Shown in pieces: positions 19,001-28,696 of a stretch of DNA of 64,000 bases (position 1 is the stretch's first letter; each line of letters begins with the position of its first letter). The notes beneath the pieces are model-generated. The model saw nothing but the letters and a program-made list of their open reading frames with translations. It was not told the DNA's origin and did no database searches. The stretch is from NCBI RefSeq assembly GCF_030656115.1, contig NZ_JAUSOO010000037.1, positions 19,025-83,024 on the forward strand, written 5' to 3'. Source of the stretch: Hydrogenophaga sp. Lineage in GTDB: Bacteria; Pseudomonadota; Gammaproteobacteria; Burkholderiales; Burkholderiaceae_C. The position numbers were made by a program, and so were the translations under genes.

Positions 19001-21757
19001 GAGCGCGCGCACGGCGGCGTCGGTGAACAGCACGGCCTGGCGCGGCAGCAGCGCCAGCTGCCACAAGCCCCCGCCCAGGGCACGCAAACCGTCCAGCGCG
19101 CCAGCGCGCACAAAACGCGGCCCCAGCACCTGGGCGCGCGCGGGCACACACCCGGCCAGCGCGCCCATGATCGGACCACCCGCGTAGGCCGCCAGCACCA
19201 GCGCCAGGGCGCTCCACAACGGCAGGCCCTGGCCGGCGCTGGCCAGCCCGATCAACAGCAACGAGGCCGGCGCCACCAGCGAGCGGCGCAGGTTGTCCAG
19301 CAACTTCCAGCGGTTGATGGGCGTGAGCGGCCAGCGCCGGCGTTGCAGCAGAAACGGCAGCAACTGCCAGTCGCCCCGGGCCCAGCGGTGCAACCGCGCG
19401 GCGGCAGCGTCCACATGCTCGGGCTCGGGCTCGATCAGCGTCACGTCGGACACCACGCCACAACGCACCAGCGCGCCTTCGAGCAGGTCGTGGCTGAGCA
19501 CCTGTTCGGTGGGCAGGCGCGCACCCAGCACGGCGTGCAGCGTGGCCACGTGCAGCAGGCCCTTGCCGGTGAAGCTGCCTTCGCCCAGCAGGTCCTGGTA
19601 CACGTCGGAGGTGGTGGCGCTGTAGGGGTCGATGCCTTGCTGCCCGGCCATGAGCCACTGCCACGGCGTGGGCCGTGCCTGCGCGGGCAGCGGTGCCACC
19701 ACGCGCGGCTGCAAGATGCCGTAGCCCTGCACCACGCGCTGGCCGCTGGCGTCCAGCCGGGGCTGGTTTTCAGGGTGCAGGGCCACACCCACCAGCGCGC
19801 GCAGGCGCCCGGGGGGCAACTGGGTGTCGCTGTCCAGCGTCAGCAGGTAGCGGGTGTCGGCGGCCATGTGCGAGAGCGCGCCCAGATCCAGAAACGGGCC
19901 TGGCGTGTGGCTGACCAGGGCGGCCACCAGCTGCTCCAGCTTGCCGCGCTTGCGCTCCCAGCCGATCCACTGGCGCTGGGTTTCGCTGTAGCTGCGGGCG
20001 CGGTGCAACAGCACAAAGCGGGGAGCGTCGCCGGGCAGCGCGGGGTAGCGCTCGTTCAGCGCACTCAGCAGGCTGTGTGCCTGCGCCAGCAGCGCGGCAT
20101 CGCTGGCTTGCTCGGGGGTGTCGGCGTCGGCCCAGTCGCTCAGCAGGGCGAATTGGGCGCAGGGTTCGGGGTTGGCCAGGTAATGCAGGTGCAGCCGGTG
20201 CACCGCTTGCGCGATGGCCTGGGAGTGGCTCAGCAAGGCGGGCACCACCACCATGACGCGGGCCGTGGCCGGTATGCCCTGGGCCAGCGCAAAGCGCGGC
20301 AGGTGCACGGGCCGGGCCGACTCGGTGATCAGGCGGTTCACCACCGAGCCTACCGCTTCGGACGCGGGCAGCAGCATCAGCGCGCCCACCAGCAGCCCCA
20401 GCCAGGTGCTGGCAGCGGAGAAGGCGGGGTTCGAAGGGTCCACGCGCCAGCCGGCCGCGTGCAGCAGCCCGGCCACCAGCAGCACGGTGCCCAGCGCCAG
20501 CGCGCCGAGGTAGCCCGGTGTGCGTCCCCTGCGCACGGCCAGGCGCCAGACACGGGCGGCCACCGATGCGCGGTGCCCCATGCCCAGCGCCTGCTCCAGC
20601 GCAGGGCGGCCGTCACCGGCCAGCGCGTGTTGGGCCAGGCCGGCGGGGCCGCTGGCGGCGGTCATGGCGGCGAGCAGCACCCGGGCCACGGTGGCTTCGT
20701 CGTGGCCGCTGCGCAGCGCCAGCCGCTCAATGCCGTGCAGCGTGGCGCTGCGGGTGGCGTCGTCTTCGGCCACGAACACGGGCGAGGCCAGCATCACGCG
20801 CATCACCCGGCTGGTGCGGGCGATGGTGTCGGGCCAATCGGCGGCCCCGATCAGGCGCAGCGCCGTCACGGCGTTGCCCACGCTCAGGCTGTCGGCCGCC
20901 TGGTCGGCGTGCAGCTGCATCTGCAGCGCCGCCCAGTCAGGCAGCGTCTGTTGCAACCAGGCCTGGATGTTCGCCAGCGGGGCCTGCTCGGGCGTGGCGC
21001 GCTGGGTGGCAAGCCCTTGCGCCAGGTGCGCCAGAAACACCAGCCCCACGCCACGGCGGTTCATCAGCTTGTGCATGGCCTGCACCGCCTCCAGATCCAG
21101 CGTCTGAATGCGCTGGACACACAGCGTGGCCAGCGCGCGTGCGGCTTTGTGGCTGGCCAACCGGTCGGCCAGGCGCCGCAGGTTTTCCACCAGCACCACG
21201 CGCAAGGTGGTGGGCAGCGCCCACAGCTCGCCCTGGGTCAGGGCGCGCTCGTCCTGGTAGGCGTTCAGAAAATGGATCAGCAGGGCTTCGTCGAACGCGC
21301 TGTCGGTGTGGGCCACAAAGGCCCAGGCCACGCCGTAAATGCGCGGCAAGCCCACCAGGGGCGCGTCTTGCAGCACCGGCAAGCTGGCGTAGTAGCGGGC
21401 GGGCAGACCTTCGTGGATTTCCCGCAACTGGTCTTCAATCAGGTGGAAGTTGTCCAGCAGCCACTCGGCCGCCGGGCTGAGGTCGTGCCCGTCGTCGGCC
21501 TGTGCGGCGATGTAGCGAAACGAGGCGCGCAGCGTGCGGATGTTGCTTTGCAGGCGGGGGTAAAAGGTGGCCCGGCCAAAGGCCGCCTTGCCGGCGTGCT
21601 GCGACAGCGCCAGGCAACGGCCGTGCGCCTCCAGTCGGGTGGGGCCCAGAATTTCAGCCCGGATCGGGTCCAGCGCAGAGCCTTGCCGCGCATCCAGCAT
21701 GCGCTCGATCTGCTGCGGAACCCAAGCCCAGCGGGCGCGCAACAGATCAACGGCCAT
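13076..21757 (-). CDS. ndvB: Cyclic beta-1,2-glucan synthase (NdvB/ChvB/Cgs type; glycosyltransferase, glucoamylase-like and GH94 domains)
   Basis: 2893 aa. AAEWLLDNFHLI, WIGWERKRGKL, LLSHDLLEG-like, HRTSPTNIGLYL, YDLLASESR, SWSGSMFEY, PWGISESA, FYQAGGATGFRDQLQD, GTGDWNDGMN, YPPGVRENGGQYAH, GWSWYTGAAGW. Confidence 0.93.
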   Translation of the reverse strand: MAVDLLRARWAWVPQQIERMLDARQGSALDPIRAEILGPTRLEAHGRCLALSQHAGKAAFGRATFYPRLQSNIRTLRASFRYIAAQADDGHDLSPAAEWLLDNFHLIEDQLREIHEGLPARYYASLPVLQDAPLVGLPRIYGVAWAFVAHTDSAFDEALLIHFLNAYQDERALTQGELWALPTTLRVVLVENLRRLADRLASHKAARALATLCVQRIQTLDLEAVQAMHKLMNRRGVGLVFLAHLAQGLATQRATPEQAPLANIQAWLQQTLPDWAALQMQLHADQAADSLSVGNAVTALRLIGAADWPDTIARTSRVMRVMLASPVFVAEDDATRSATLHGIERLALRSGHDEATVARVLLAAMTAASGPAGLAQHALAGDGRPALEQALGMGHRASVAARVWRLAVRRGRTPGYLGALALGTVLLVAGLLHAAGWRVDPSNPAFSAASTWLGLLVGALMLLPASEAVGSVVNRLITESARPVHLPRFALAQGIPATARVMVVVPALLSHSQAIAQAVHRLHLHYLANPEPCAQFALLSDWADADTPEQASDAALLAQAHSLLSALNERYPALPGDAPRFVLLHRARSYSETQRQWIGWERKRGKLEQLVAALVSHTPGPFLDLGALSHMAADTRYLLTLDSDTQLPPGRLRALVGVALHPENQPRLDASGQRVVQGYGILQPRVVAPLPAQARPTPWQWLMAGQQGIDPYSATTSDVYQDLLGEGSFTGKGLLHVATLHAVLGARLPTEQVLSHDLLEGALVRCGVVSDVTLIEPEPEHVDAAAARLHRWARGDWQLLPFLLQRRRWPLTPINRWKLLDNLRRSLVAPASLLLIGLASAGQGLPLWSALALVLAAYAGGPIMGALAGCVPARAQVLGPRFVRAGALDGLRALGGGLWQLALLPRQAVLFTDAAVRALYRLAVSRRHLLEWTTADAAQASLKTALRATLVRHRSAPVTALVLLLVLGLSTPAPGALALVLLALWAVTPLLVWLANRPWPAQPGAALAPADRDLLAGVARDTWRLFERCVDAPNNHLPPDNLQTVPFETVAHRTSPTNIGLYLLSAACARQFGWIGTQDLLARLDATLATLHQMERHHGHFLNWYGTQTLQPLLPRYVSTVDSGNLSAHLLAVAQACAALARDPFAALANERAVQCSLARLRPQVGLLPRLLHRAGPESATGRLLALAPAMVPGTPAFEHVQTLLRQARGELDAVTPPHNPLTVGTEPTDCDELAWLLGDHIATVQSASLDALAAHAGQSAQTTQRLLAMADALEQLAWAPDFRFLYHPRRHLLHIGYRVLEQQLDTSFYDLLASESRTTSLLAMAKGDVPVRHWSALGRPFFASGTLAVLRSWSGSMFEYLMPTLVLAEPQGSVLHEAGRSALQAQRAFVRERGIPWGISESAHAGRDHTLAYQYAPQGVPNLALRTTPAAECVIAPYATALAAQIDPALACQNLRALSALAARGRYGFVEALDYTHTRQSHGQGFTLVSTYMAHHQGMSIVALANVLLGGVAQRWGAANARIEAVAALLHERAPRDLPRLQEHPQRPLPISHRHRHEASRTVVPGAQALEPTQLLSNGRYSVTLRANGAGWSRWGSTGISRWRDDALRDACGHFVYLRQGQAGTPVSLTSHPAPDPGATYQSRFQTDRVCFEAHWPEQHTLCTVWVSPEDDIEFRKLVFTNLSDRAVEVELIACWEVTLASHAADEAHPAFSNLFVQADWLPGQQALRFERRPRLPTETTVQAVHFVADTEGEVLGLRCQTDRLAWLGRNHAPSQPRAHLVPVPGAAGVLPTGLDPVAALGVTLRVAPGAQARVTFATAVSDDAATLMAVLDKYRQPSYVERASVMSATVAGIPSPSQRLHADHLCALQALTTAMVLTLPKQGPAAGHRKPTPPAACDRRVLWPLGISGDRPLLLVTAGVPEGLAVLRALVQALREWSRCGVACDLVLLSSEPHSYLMPLQRELVALQAQHANDQLGRQGPAVTGLHLLRADTLSSEQFGALQALARVRIRTDGHPLLPQITAWCAQHERPPSLRWHGAAAVRVPCHQPDTRTAAVGHFDPDSGAFRFDVGPAQRPGKPWINVLANPALGTQVSESGAGNTWALNSRLNQLTAWSNDPVADPPAEWFLLQDRRTGEAWSLAPSAWGHPQAVYQVEHGQGYTRIGHRHGPLAVELRWCVDAHTAVKQVSVRLVNHGTRTAYLRLTGLVEWMMGEKRSDRATLHTQAHHTDPASTDLLGLLCTQTEAGQGFGGGTAFFCAVAAGAHTANGSPDADSPGLNDGLDWTCDRGAFFDPQGQLVLPEHLGQRSGDGLDPCAAISRLITLRPGASQEQRFLLGYAASPAEAQALALQAVRTTAAERERCVRAQWDALLGATQVSTPDPLLDALVNRWLLYQTVSSRLWAKAGFYQAGGATGFRDQLQDAMALVWAQPGILRDQIVLCASRQFEAGDVQHWWHDPGGAGVRTHFSDDLLWLPFACAHYLRVTGDTAVLDHRVPFLDGPPVPEGAEDAYDTPRTSEATASVYEHAARTIDRSLAVGVHGLPLMGTGDWNDGMNRVGHEGRGESVWLAWFLCAIVTDWIPLARHRGEHLRAARWHVALQCWGDALQTTAWDGGWYARAYFDGGSALGSHRNAEARIDLIAQAWSVLSGMSHSRRLLERQRLAMDAVEHHLVDAQNGLIQLLAPPLAQATPSAGYIQAYPPGVRENGGQYAHAGVWALMAAAALAVRERAPGPTEPGHDHAAGDTPYRYFTYLSPAHRAQHADGGAAYGLEPYVMAADVYSQPPYAGRGGWSWYTGAAGWMHRAAVESLLGLQLRADGLRFVPCLPSHWPRAELRLTRDGRTLRFVLLRATPAAAQAACTQMGGRLLPVAERLRWADWPGDGCFVIPLPPSA

Positions 21758-21760
21758 GCG

Positions 21761-22003
21761 TTACAGCGCCATCAGAGAAGCACCCACCAGCAGCGTGACC
21801 ACCAAGGCGGCGGTGACAAAGCGCCCGGCCACCAGACGGCGCAGGGAGCCAGCCCCGTTTTCCAGGCGCTGCAGGCGGCCCCGCTGCGCGCTGCACTGCG
21901 CCAGGTGGTCGCCCAGCGCGGCATGCTGGGGCGCTGCGGCATCGGCCGGGCAGCCCAACGACGAGGTGACCCAGTGGGGCGCAAGTGAGGCGTATTTGGA
22001 CAT
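21761..22003 (-). CDS. Small hypothetical membrane protein, first gene of the ndvB operon
   Basis: 80 aa with a C-terminal hydrophobic helix; stop codon 3 nt before the ndvB ATG. Confidence 0.6.
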   Translation of the reverse strand: MSKYASLAPHWVTSSLGCPADAAAPQHAALGDHLAQCSAQRGRLQRLENGAGSLRRLVAGRFVTAALVVTLLVGASLMAL

Positions 22004-22062
22004 GGTGGGCTCCGGTGGCAGCCGGCAGGCAAGCCAGCAGGCGGGTGAAAACAGCAGGCTTG

Positions 22063-22105
22063 TTTATAGCGGCGGGCTCGGTGGGCGTCTGTTCGCTGAC
22101 GAACA
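22063..22105 (-). promoter_or_regulatory. Putative Crp/Fnr box and promoter for the ndvB operon
   Basis: Plus strand GCGTC-TGTTCGCTGACGAACA (perfect arms TGTTCG/CGAACA); TATAAA on the minus strand at 22068-22063. Confidence 0.75.
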
Positions 22106-22152
22106 TTCGCACCCGACGCCGGCCCCGCGACCCAGGGCGTGCACGGCCGGTG

Positions 22153-22195
22153 TGCGCGCCAGCGAACAGACGGGGTGCAGCGGGCCACGTAAGGT
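22153..22195 (+). promoter_or_regulatory. Putative Crp/Fnr box and promoter for the glycine-zipper lipoprotein
   Basis: TGCGCGCCAGCGAACA, GACGG, then TAAGGT at 22190-22195. Confidence 0.65.
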
Positions 22196-22282
22196 GGGTT
22201 TCCACCCGGTTTTGGGTGCAGGGGCCCAGCGCCCCCAGCACCCAACCCCACGCACCACCCCGCTGCCACGCTCAGGAACCCC

Positions 22283-22891
22283 ATGCACCACACCCCCACC
22301 CGTTTCCCCTGGACCCTCAGCCTCACCGCCGTGGCGGTGCTGGCCCTGGCCGGCTGCGCCGCGCCCTACCCGGTGTACGACCAGCCGGTGGTGCAGGCCG
22401 CACCGGCACGGGTCTACACCCACCCCAGCCAGCCGGCACCCGCACGCGACTACCGCCGCCGCAACAACGAGCCGCTCTACCAGGCCGACGTAACGTCGGT
22501 GCGCGCCGTGATGGGTGCGCCCGAACAGCGTTGCTGGATCGAGCGCGAAGCCGTGCCGGAGCGGCCCGCGGCGAACGTGCCGGGGGCACTGATCGGCGCG
22601 CTGATCGGCGGCGTGCTGGGCCACCAGGTGGGCGGCGGCAGCGGGCGCGACCTGGCCACCGTGGGCGGTGCGGTGGCGGGTGCCGCCATCGGCTCCAGCG
22701 TGGGCACCGACCGCTACGGCAACACCGTGGGCACGCAAGATGTGCAACGCTGCACGCCAGAAACCGGCCGCAGCACGCCCGCTTACTGGGACGTGACCTA
22801 CACCTTCCGGGGCATCAGCCACCGCGCGCAGACGACCTCGGCACCGGGACGCACCATCACCGTGAACAGCGCGGGCGAACCCCGCACCTGA
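22283..22891 (+). CDS. Glycine zipper 2TM lipoprotein
   Basis: LAGC lipobox; GALIGALIGGVLGHQVGGGSGRDLATVGGAVAGAAIG. Confidence 0.88.
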   Translation: MHHTPTRFPWTLSLTAVAVLALAGCAAPYPVYDQPVVQAAPARVYTHPSQPAPARDYRRRNNEPLYQADVTSVRAVMGAPEQRCWIEREAVPERPAANVPGALIGALIGGVLGHQVGGGSGRDLATVGGAVAGAAIGSSVGTDRYGNTVGTQDVQRCTPETGRSTPAYWDVTYTFRGISHRAQTTSAPGRTITVNSAGEPRT

Positions 22892-22918
22892 GCGGCTGAC
22901 ATATTCATGGCCTATGCT

Positions 22919-22960
22919 GCGTGGGCCCACCCCTGTGCGGGTGGCCCACGCGGCTTTTTT
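22919..22960 (+). terminator. Probable intrinsic terminator
   Basis: GCGTGGGCCCACCC...GGGTGGCCCACGC hairpin followed by GGCTTTTTT. Confidence 0.55.
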
Positions 22961-22988
22961 CGTCTCCCTGTTTTTCAGGAAACACAAC

Positions 22989-23738
22989 ATGCTCAAGAAC
23001 AAAGTGGTTTTGATCACCGGTGCCGCCTCCGGCATTGGCCGTGCCGTGGCGCTGGCCTGTGCGCGCGAAGGGGCGTCGGTGCTGGTGTCCGACCGCGACG
23101 ACGCCGGCCTGCAAGAAACCGCCGCTCTGGTGCGTACCGAGGGCTGCGAAGCCCTGGCCGTGACCGCCGACGTGGGCAACCCCGCCGACTGCCAGAACCT
23201 GGTGGACCGCTGCTGTGCCCACTTTGGGCGGCTCGATGTGGCGGTGAACAACGCCGGCATTGGCGGCCCCAGCGCGCGCACCGCCGACTACCCGCTGGAC
23301 GGCTGGGCGCAGGTGATCCAGGTCAACCTCTCGGGCGTGTTCTACGGCATGAAGTACCAGATCGAGGCGATGCTGCGCACCGGCGGCGGCGCCATCGTGA
23401 ACGTGGCGTCCATCCTGGGCGCGGTGGGCTTTGCGTCGGCACCGGCCTACGCGGCGGCCAAACACGGCGTGGTGGGCCTCACGCAAACCGCCGCGCTGGA
23501 ATACGGCGCCGAGGGTGTGCGCATCAACGCGGTGGGGCCGGGCTTCATCCGCACGCCCATGATTGCCGCGCTGGACGAAGACCCGGCGGTGCACGGCATG
23601 CTGGTGGCGGCCCACCCCATGGGGCGGCTGGGCGAGTCGGAAGAGGTGGCCGAGTTGGTGGTGTGGCTGGCCTCGCCCCGGGCCTCGTTCGTGACCGGGG
23701 CTTATTACCCGGTGGACGGCGGCTACCTGGCGCGCTGA
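22989..23738 (+). CDS. Short-chain dehydrogenase/reductase (glucose 1-dehydrogenase-like)
   Basis: TGAASGIG, NNAG, YAAAKHG (YxxxK), VDGG. Confidence 0.93.
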   Translation: MLKNKVVLITGAASGIGRAVALACAREGASVLVSDRDDAGLQETAALVRTEGCEALAVTADVGNPADCQNLVDRCCAHFGRLDVAVNNAGIGGPSARTADYPLDGWAQVIQVNLSGVFYGMKYQIEAMLRTGGGAIVNVASILGAVGFASAPAYAAAKHGVVGLTQTAALEYGAEGVRINAVGPGFIRTPMIAALDEDPAVHGMLVAAHPMGRLGESEEVAELVVWLASPRASFVTGAYYPVDGGYLAR

Positions 23739-23759
23739 GCGGCTCAACCCCTCAGCGGC

Positions 23760-24574
23760 TCAGCCCAGAATCTCGACCCCGAAGCCCCGGTAGCCGACAA
23801 AGTTGCAGGCGCCATCGAACATGGGCGTGCCGCTGACGCGGTATTCCTTGTGCAGACCGTCGGCACACCGGCGGCTCAGGCGCACGTCCAGAAACGGCGT
23901 GCGCGCACTGATGCGGGCCTGCAGCGCCTGGCGCTGCGCCTCGTCCCAGCCGTCGTCGGCAGGCGCCACGGCATCGTCGGCCAGTGCGTCCACGCGGATG
24001 CCCAGCATCTCCAGCACCGGGCCCGACACCTTGGTGAAGTGCCCTTCGCGGTCTTGCTCCCAATACCAGTCGGTGGCCAGCTCGGTCAGGCTGCGGTAGC
24101 GCGCTTCGCTCTCGCGCAGTTCGGCGGTGCGCTCCAGCACCTCGGCTTCCAGCAGTTTGTTCTGGTGGGCCAGACGCTGGTAGAGCAGGCGCACCTCCAC
24201 CAGGTTGTGAATGCGCGTCTTCACCTCCACCAGGTCAAACGGCTTGCTCACAAAGTCTTTGGCACCGGCCTGCAGCGCACGCAGTTTGTGGCCCGGCTGG
24301 GCCGTGATCACCAGCACCGGCAGGTAGTCGTTGGCGTTGTTGGCTTTCAGGCCTTCCATCACCTGAAAACCGTCCATCACCGGCATCTGCAGGTCCAGCA
24401 AGATCAGGTCAAACGGCTGGCGGCGGTGCATGGCGCACACGGTGGTCGGGTCCTGTGTGCTGAACACCTGGGTGTAGCCCGCCGCCGCCAGCATGTCTTC
24501 GAGCAGGAGCACATTGGCGGCCTGGTCGTCAACGATGAGAATGCGGGCGCTGAGCAGGTCGTGGGCGGCAAGGG

Positions 24575-24578
<4 letters not shown>
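23760..24578 (-). CDS. Response regulator with C-terminal PAS domain and no evident output domain
   Basis: ILIVDD...LILLDLQMPVMDG...DFVSKPF receiver, coiled coil, then DWYWEQD PAS. Confidence 0.88.
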
Positions 24579-26272
<1,694 letters not shown>

Positions 26273-26319
26273 CGTGTGTGGGGTTTGAGGTCAGCGCCCA
26301 GATCCGTGCGCAGCCTGCT

Positions 26320-26363
26320 ACCGTACATTGGGCCCGTGTGCGGCGTCTGTGCGCCAACCCACA
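26320..26363 (-). promoter_or_regulatory. Putative Crp/Fnr box and promoter for the kinase-regulator operon
   Basis: Plus strand GCGTC-TGTGCGCCAACCCACA; TACGGT on the minus strand 18 nt beyond GACGC. Confidence 0.65.
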
Positions 26364-26381
26364 CAACAGGTTACAAAAAAT

Positions 26382-26531
26382 TCAGAACGGCTTGCGCCCG
26401 CTGATCACGCGCAACAGGACCACCACCACGGCAATGACCAGCAGCACATGGATGAAGCCGCCCAAGGTGGTCGAGGTGACAAGGCCCAGCAACCACAAGA
26501 TGAGCAGCACGACGGCGAGGGTGTAAAGCAT
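26382..26531 (-). CDS. lmo0937-family small membrane protein
   Basis: Manual translation MLYTLAVVLLILWLLGLVTSTTLGGFIHVLLVIAVVVVLLRVISGRKPF (49 aa, below the ORF-track cutoff). Confidence 0.85.
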   Translation of the reverse strand: MLYTLAVVLLILWLLGLVTSTTLGGFIHVLLVIAVVVVLLRVISGRKPF

Positions 26532-26546
26532 GGGATGGCTCCAGGG

Positions 26547-26990
26547 TCAGGTGGGGGGAGATGAAGGCGGGGTGCGCTGGCGCCAGCGCGCCCAGAACAC
26601 CGTGGTCACCGCGAGTGCCGCCGCGACCAACACGGTTTTGGGGTGGCGGCGCAGCACCGACGCTGCCGTGCCCAGCACCAGCACCTGCAAGGCCGGCGCC
26701 GTGCCACCGGGGGCGGGGCGCAGCCAGGCGCGCGCCAGCGCACCCAGGGCCAGCACAGCCAGCGGGTGGTGGCGCCAGCGGTTGAGCACAGGCAGGGCGG
26801 CCAGCGCCTCCCAACCCGCGCCGGGTGCGGTGCGGGTGGCACGGTCGTGGTCCAGCCAGCTGGCCAGTTGCGCGCGGCTCAGGGCCAGACGTTCGCTGGC
26901 GCTGAGCGCCACCGGGGCGGGCCAGACGGCAGGCGCGTGCAATGCTGGCGCGGCGGCTTCGGTGGCGGGCGTGTGCGGCGCCGTGCTCAT
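26547..26990 (-). CDS. Hypothetical membrane-associated protein
   Basis: In operon with the upstream gene (4-nt overlap); hydrophobic C-terminal helices. Confidence 0.65.
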   Translation of the reverse strand: MSTAPHTPATEAAAPALHAPAVWPAPVALSASERLALSRAQLASWLDHDRATRTAPGAGWEALAALPVLNRWRHHPLAVLALGALARAWLRPAPGGTAPALQVLVLGTAASVLRRHPKTVLVAAALAVTTVFWARWRQRTPPSSPPT

Positions 26991-27370
26991 GGTGTGCCCG
27001 TGCGGCGCAGCAAGGCGGCGTCTTCGGCCAGTTGCAGGCGCAGCACGGCGAACGGTTCACCCGGGTGGCGGTTTTGCCCCAGCCACAGGCTGCCAGCGCC
27101 CAGCAGCGCGGGCACCAGCGGCGTGAGCAGCAGCGGCCAGGGGTTGCGCGTGGCCGCCTCGGGCAGCGCGGCCCACAGCATCACCGCCACACCCGCCAGC
27201 ACCGCAGCGACCGCCAGGCAGGCCGCACCGGCCAGCAAAAATGCCGCCCGCTTCTGCCAGCGGGCGCTGCTGGCCGCGAGGGCTTCAGACAGCAGGCTGG
27301 CGTAGCCCGCAGCATGCTCGGCCAGCAATTGGGGCTGCGCCGCAGCCAGACGAAACACCGGGTGGATCAT
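26987..27370 (-). CDS. YqjE / phage-holin-family-like membrane protein
   Basis: Two TM helices (AAFLLAGAACLAVAAVLAGVAVMLWA); located downstream of DUF883, as in elaB/yqjDE-type operons. Confidence 0.7.
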   Translation of the reverse strand: MIHPVFRLAAAQPQLLAEHAAGYASLLSEALAASSARWQKRAAFLLAGAACLAVAAVLAGVAVMLWAALPEAATRNPWPLLLTPLVPALLGAGSLWLGQNRHPGEPFAVLRLQLAEDAALLRRTGTP

Positions 27371-27388
27371 GCGCGCGGACTCCAGCGC

Positions 27389-27745
27389 TCAGCGACCCGG
27401 GCCGCTGTGCTTGCTCAGCAAGGCCACCAGGCCCATGAGGGCCGCGCCCACGGCAGCAGCCATCAGCACCGACTTGATCGGCTCGTGCTGGATGTAGTGG
27501 GTGGTGGTGTCTTTGGCGTGCAGCGAACGCTCGCGCAGCTGGTCGGCACCGTCGCGCACGGCGTCCATGCCGCGGTGGGCCAGCGTCTCGGTGTCGTGGG
27601 CGAACTGCTTGAGCGCGGCGCTGGTGTGCGAGCGGGCGTCTTCCAGGCTGTCCAGGCCTTGCTGGGCCGCACGCTCGGTGCTGTGGGCCACCGAACGGGC
27701 CAGGGCGGTGGCGTCGTCGCTCAGATTTTGAATGGGGTTGCTCAT
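27389..27745 (-). CDS. DUF883 (ElaB/YqjD) family protein
   Basis: C-terminal YIQHEPIKSVLMAAAVGAALMGL anchor. Confidence 0.8.
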   Translation of the reverse strand: MSNPIQNLSDDATALARSVAHSTERAAQQGLDSLEDARSHTSAALKQFAHDTETLAHRGMDAVRDGADQLRERSLHAKDTTTHYIQHEPIKSVLMAAAVGAALMGLVALLSKHSGPGR

Positions 27746-27808
27746 GGAAAGCTTTCGAAAAAAAGGAAGCAGTGGCACCGCAAAGCAGCGCCACCGCCGG
27801 TTGTTTTG

Positions 27809-28045
27809 TTATTTCTTGGTGTCCACCTGGTTGCCAATGAGGCCACCAATGGCCGCACCGCCCAGGGTGCCGATGGTGCTGCCACCGGTCAGCACAGCGC
27901 CACCGACGGCACCAGCGCCGGCACCGATGGCCGTGTTCTGGTCCTGGCGCGACATGTTGCCGCAGGCACCCAGGCTGGCAGCCAGGGTCAGCGCGGCGGC
28001 CAGGGCCAGGCCGCGAGACAGGCGTTGCGTGTGTTGTGTGTTCAT
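27809..28045 (-). CDS. OsmB-like glycine zipper lipoprotein
   Basis: LGAC lipobox; NTAIGAGAGAVGGAVLTGGSTIGTLGGAAIGGLIG. Confidence 0.85.
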   Translation of the reverse strand: MNTQHTQRLSRGLALAAALTLAASLGACGNMSRQDQNTAIGAGAGAVGGAVLTGGSTIGTLGGAAIGGLIGNQVDTKK

Positions 28046-28113
28046 GGAGAAACCTCTGAGCAATAGGGGAGCTGAAACCGTGCGGCACCGGTTCGGGCGC
28101 CGCCTGGGGCCGC

Positions 28114-28428
28114 TTACTTCAGGCGCATGTCGTTCTTGACCGAACGCACACCGCTCACGGCCTGCGTCACGACCACGGCCTTGTTGATGTCGGCCTGGCT
28201 GTTCACAAAGCCGCTCAGCTGCACAGCGCCTTTGAAGGTTTCGACGTTGATCTCGGCCGACTTCAGGGTGGGCTCGTTGAAAATCGCGGCCTTCACCTTG
28301 GCGGTGATGGCGGTGTCGTCCATGTACTGGCCGGTGCTTTCCTGCGTGGCGCTGGAGGCGCAGCCACCCAGCGTGGTGAAGGCAGCAGCGGCGAGCAAGA
28401 GAATGGAGAAACGGTGGTTGATGCGCAT
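28114..28428 (-). CDS. BON domain lipoprotein (OsmY-like)
   Basis: LGGC lipobox; DDTAITAKVKAAI...INVETFKGAVQLSGFV...GVRSVKNDM. Confidence 0.92.
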   Translation of the reverse strand: MRINHRFSILLLAAAAFTTLGGCASSATQESTGQYMDDTAITAKVKAAIFNEPTLKSAEINVETFKGAVQLSGFVNSQADINKAVVVTQAVSGVRSVKNDMRLK

Positions 28429-28517
28429 GGTGAACTTTCTTGGGGAGTTGAACGGACGGTGCGGCCCAAGGCAACACCGCTTGGCGAACCGGTTCAGTGT
28501 CCAGCGCCAATGGGCCA

Positions 28518-28560
28518 ACAGTAGGGCTTGGGGCGCGGCGCGTCTGTGCGCTGGCGCACG
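28518..28560 (-). promoter_or_regulatory. Putative Crp/Fnr box and promoter for the BON-osmB-DUF883 operon
   Basis: Plus strand GCGTC-TGTGCGCTGGCGCACG; TACTGT on the minus strand at 28523-28518 (17 nt spacing). Confidence 0.75.
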
Positions 28561-28696
28561 TTGGTTGTGCGGTGCGGTCCCCGCCAGCGTGCCCGATCAA
28601 GGCGCAACGCACCGCCACAGCGCGGGCCAGTGCAGCGCCTTTGCAACGCAGAGCGGCTGCGTTTGGGGGGGGTGAGCAGGTAGGCGCGAAAGACGC

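Noticed and set aside
14357-21988. 2543-aa plus-strand ORF and other very long overlapping ORFs (e.g. 1170-3395, 49290-52415, 54333-55964)
   Set aside because: Antisense shadows of real genes in high-GC DNA; His/Gln/Val/Arg-rich and motif-free.
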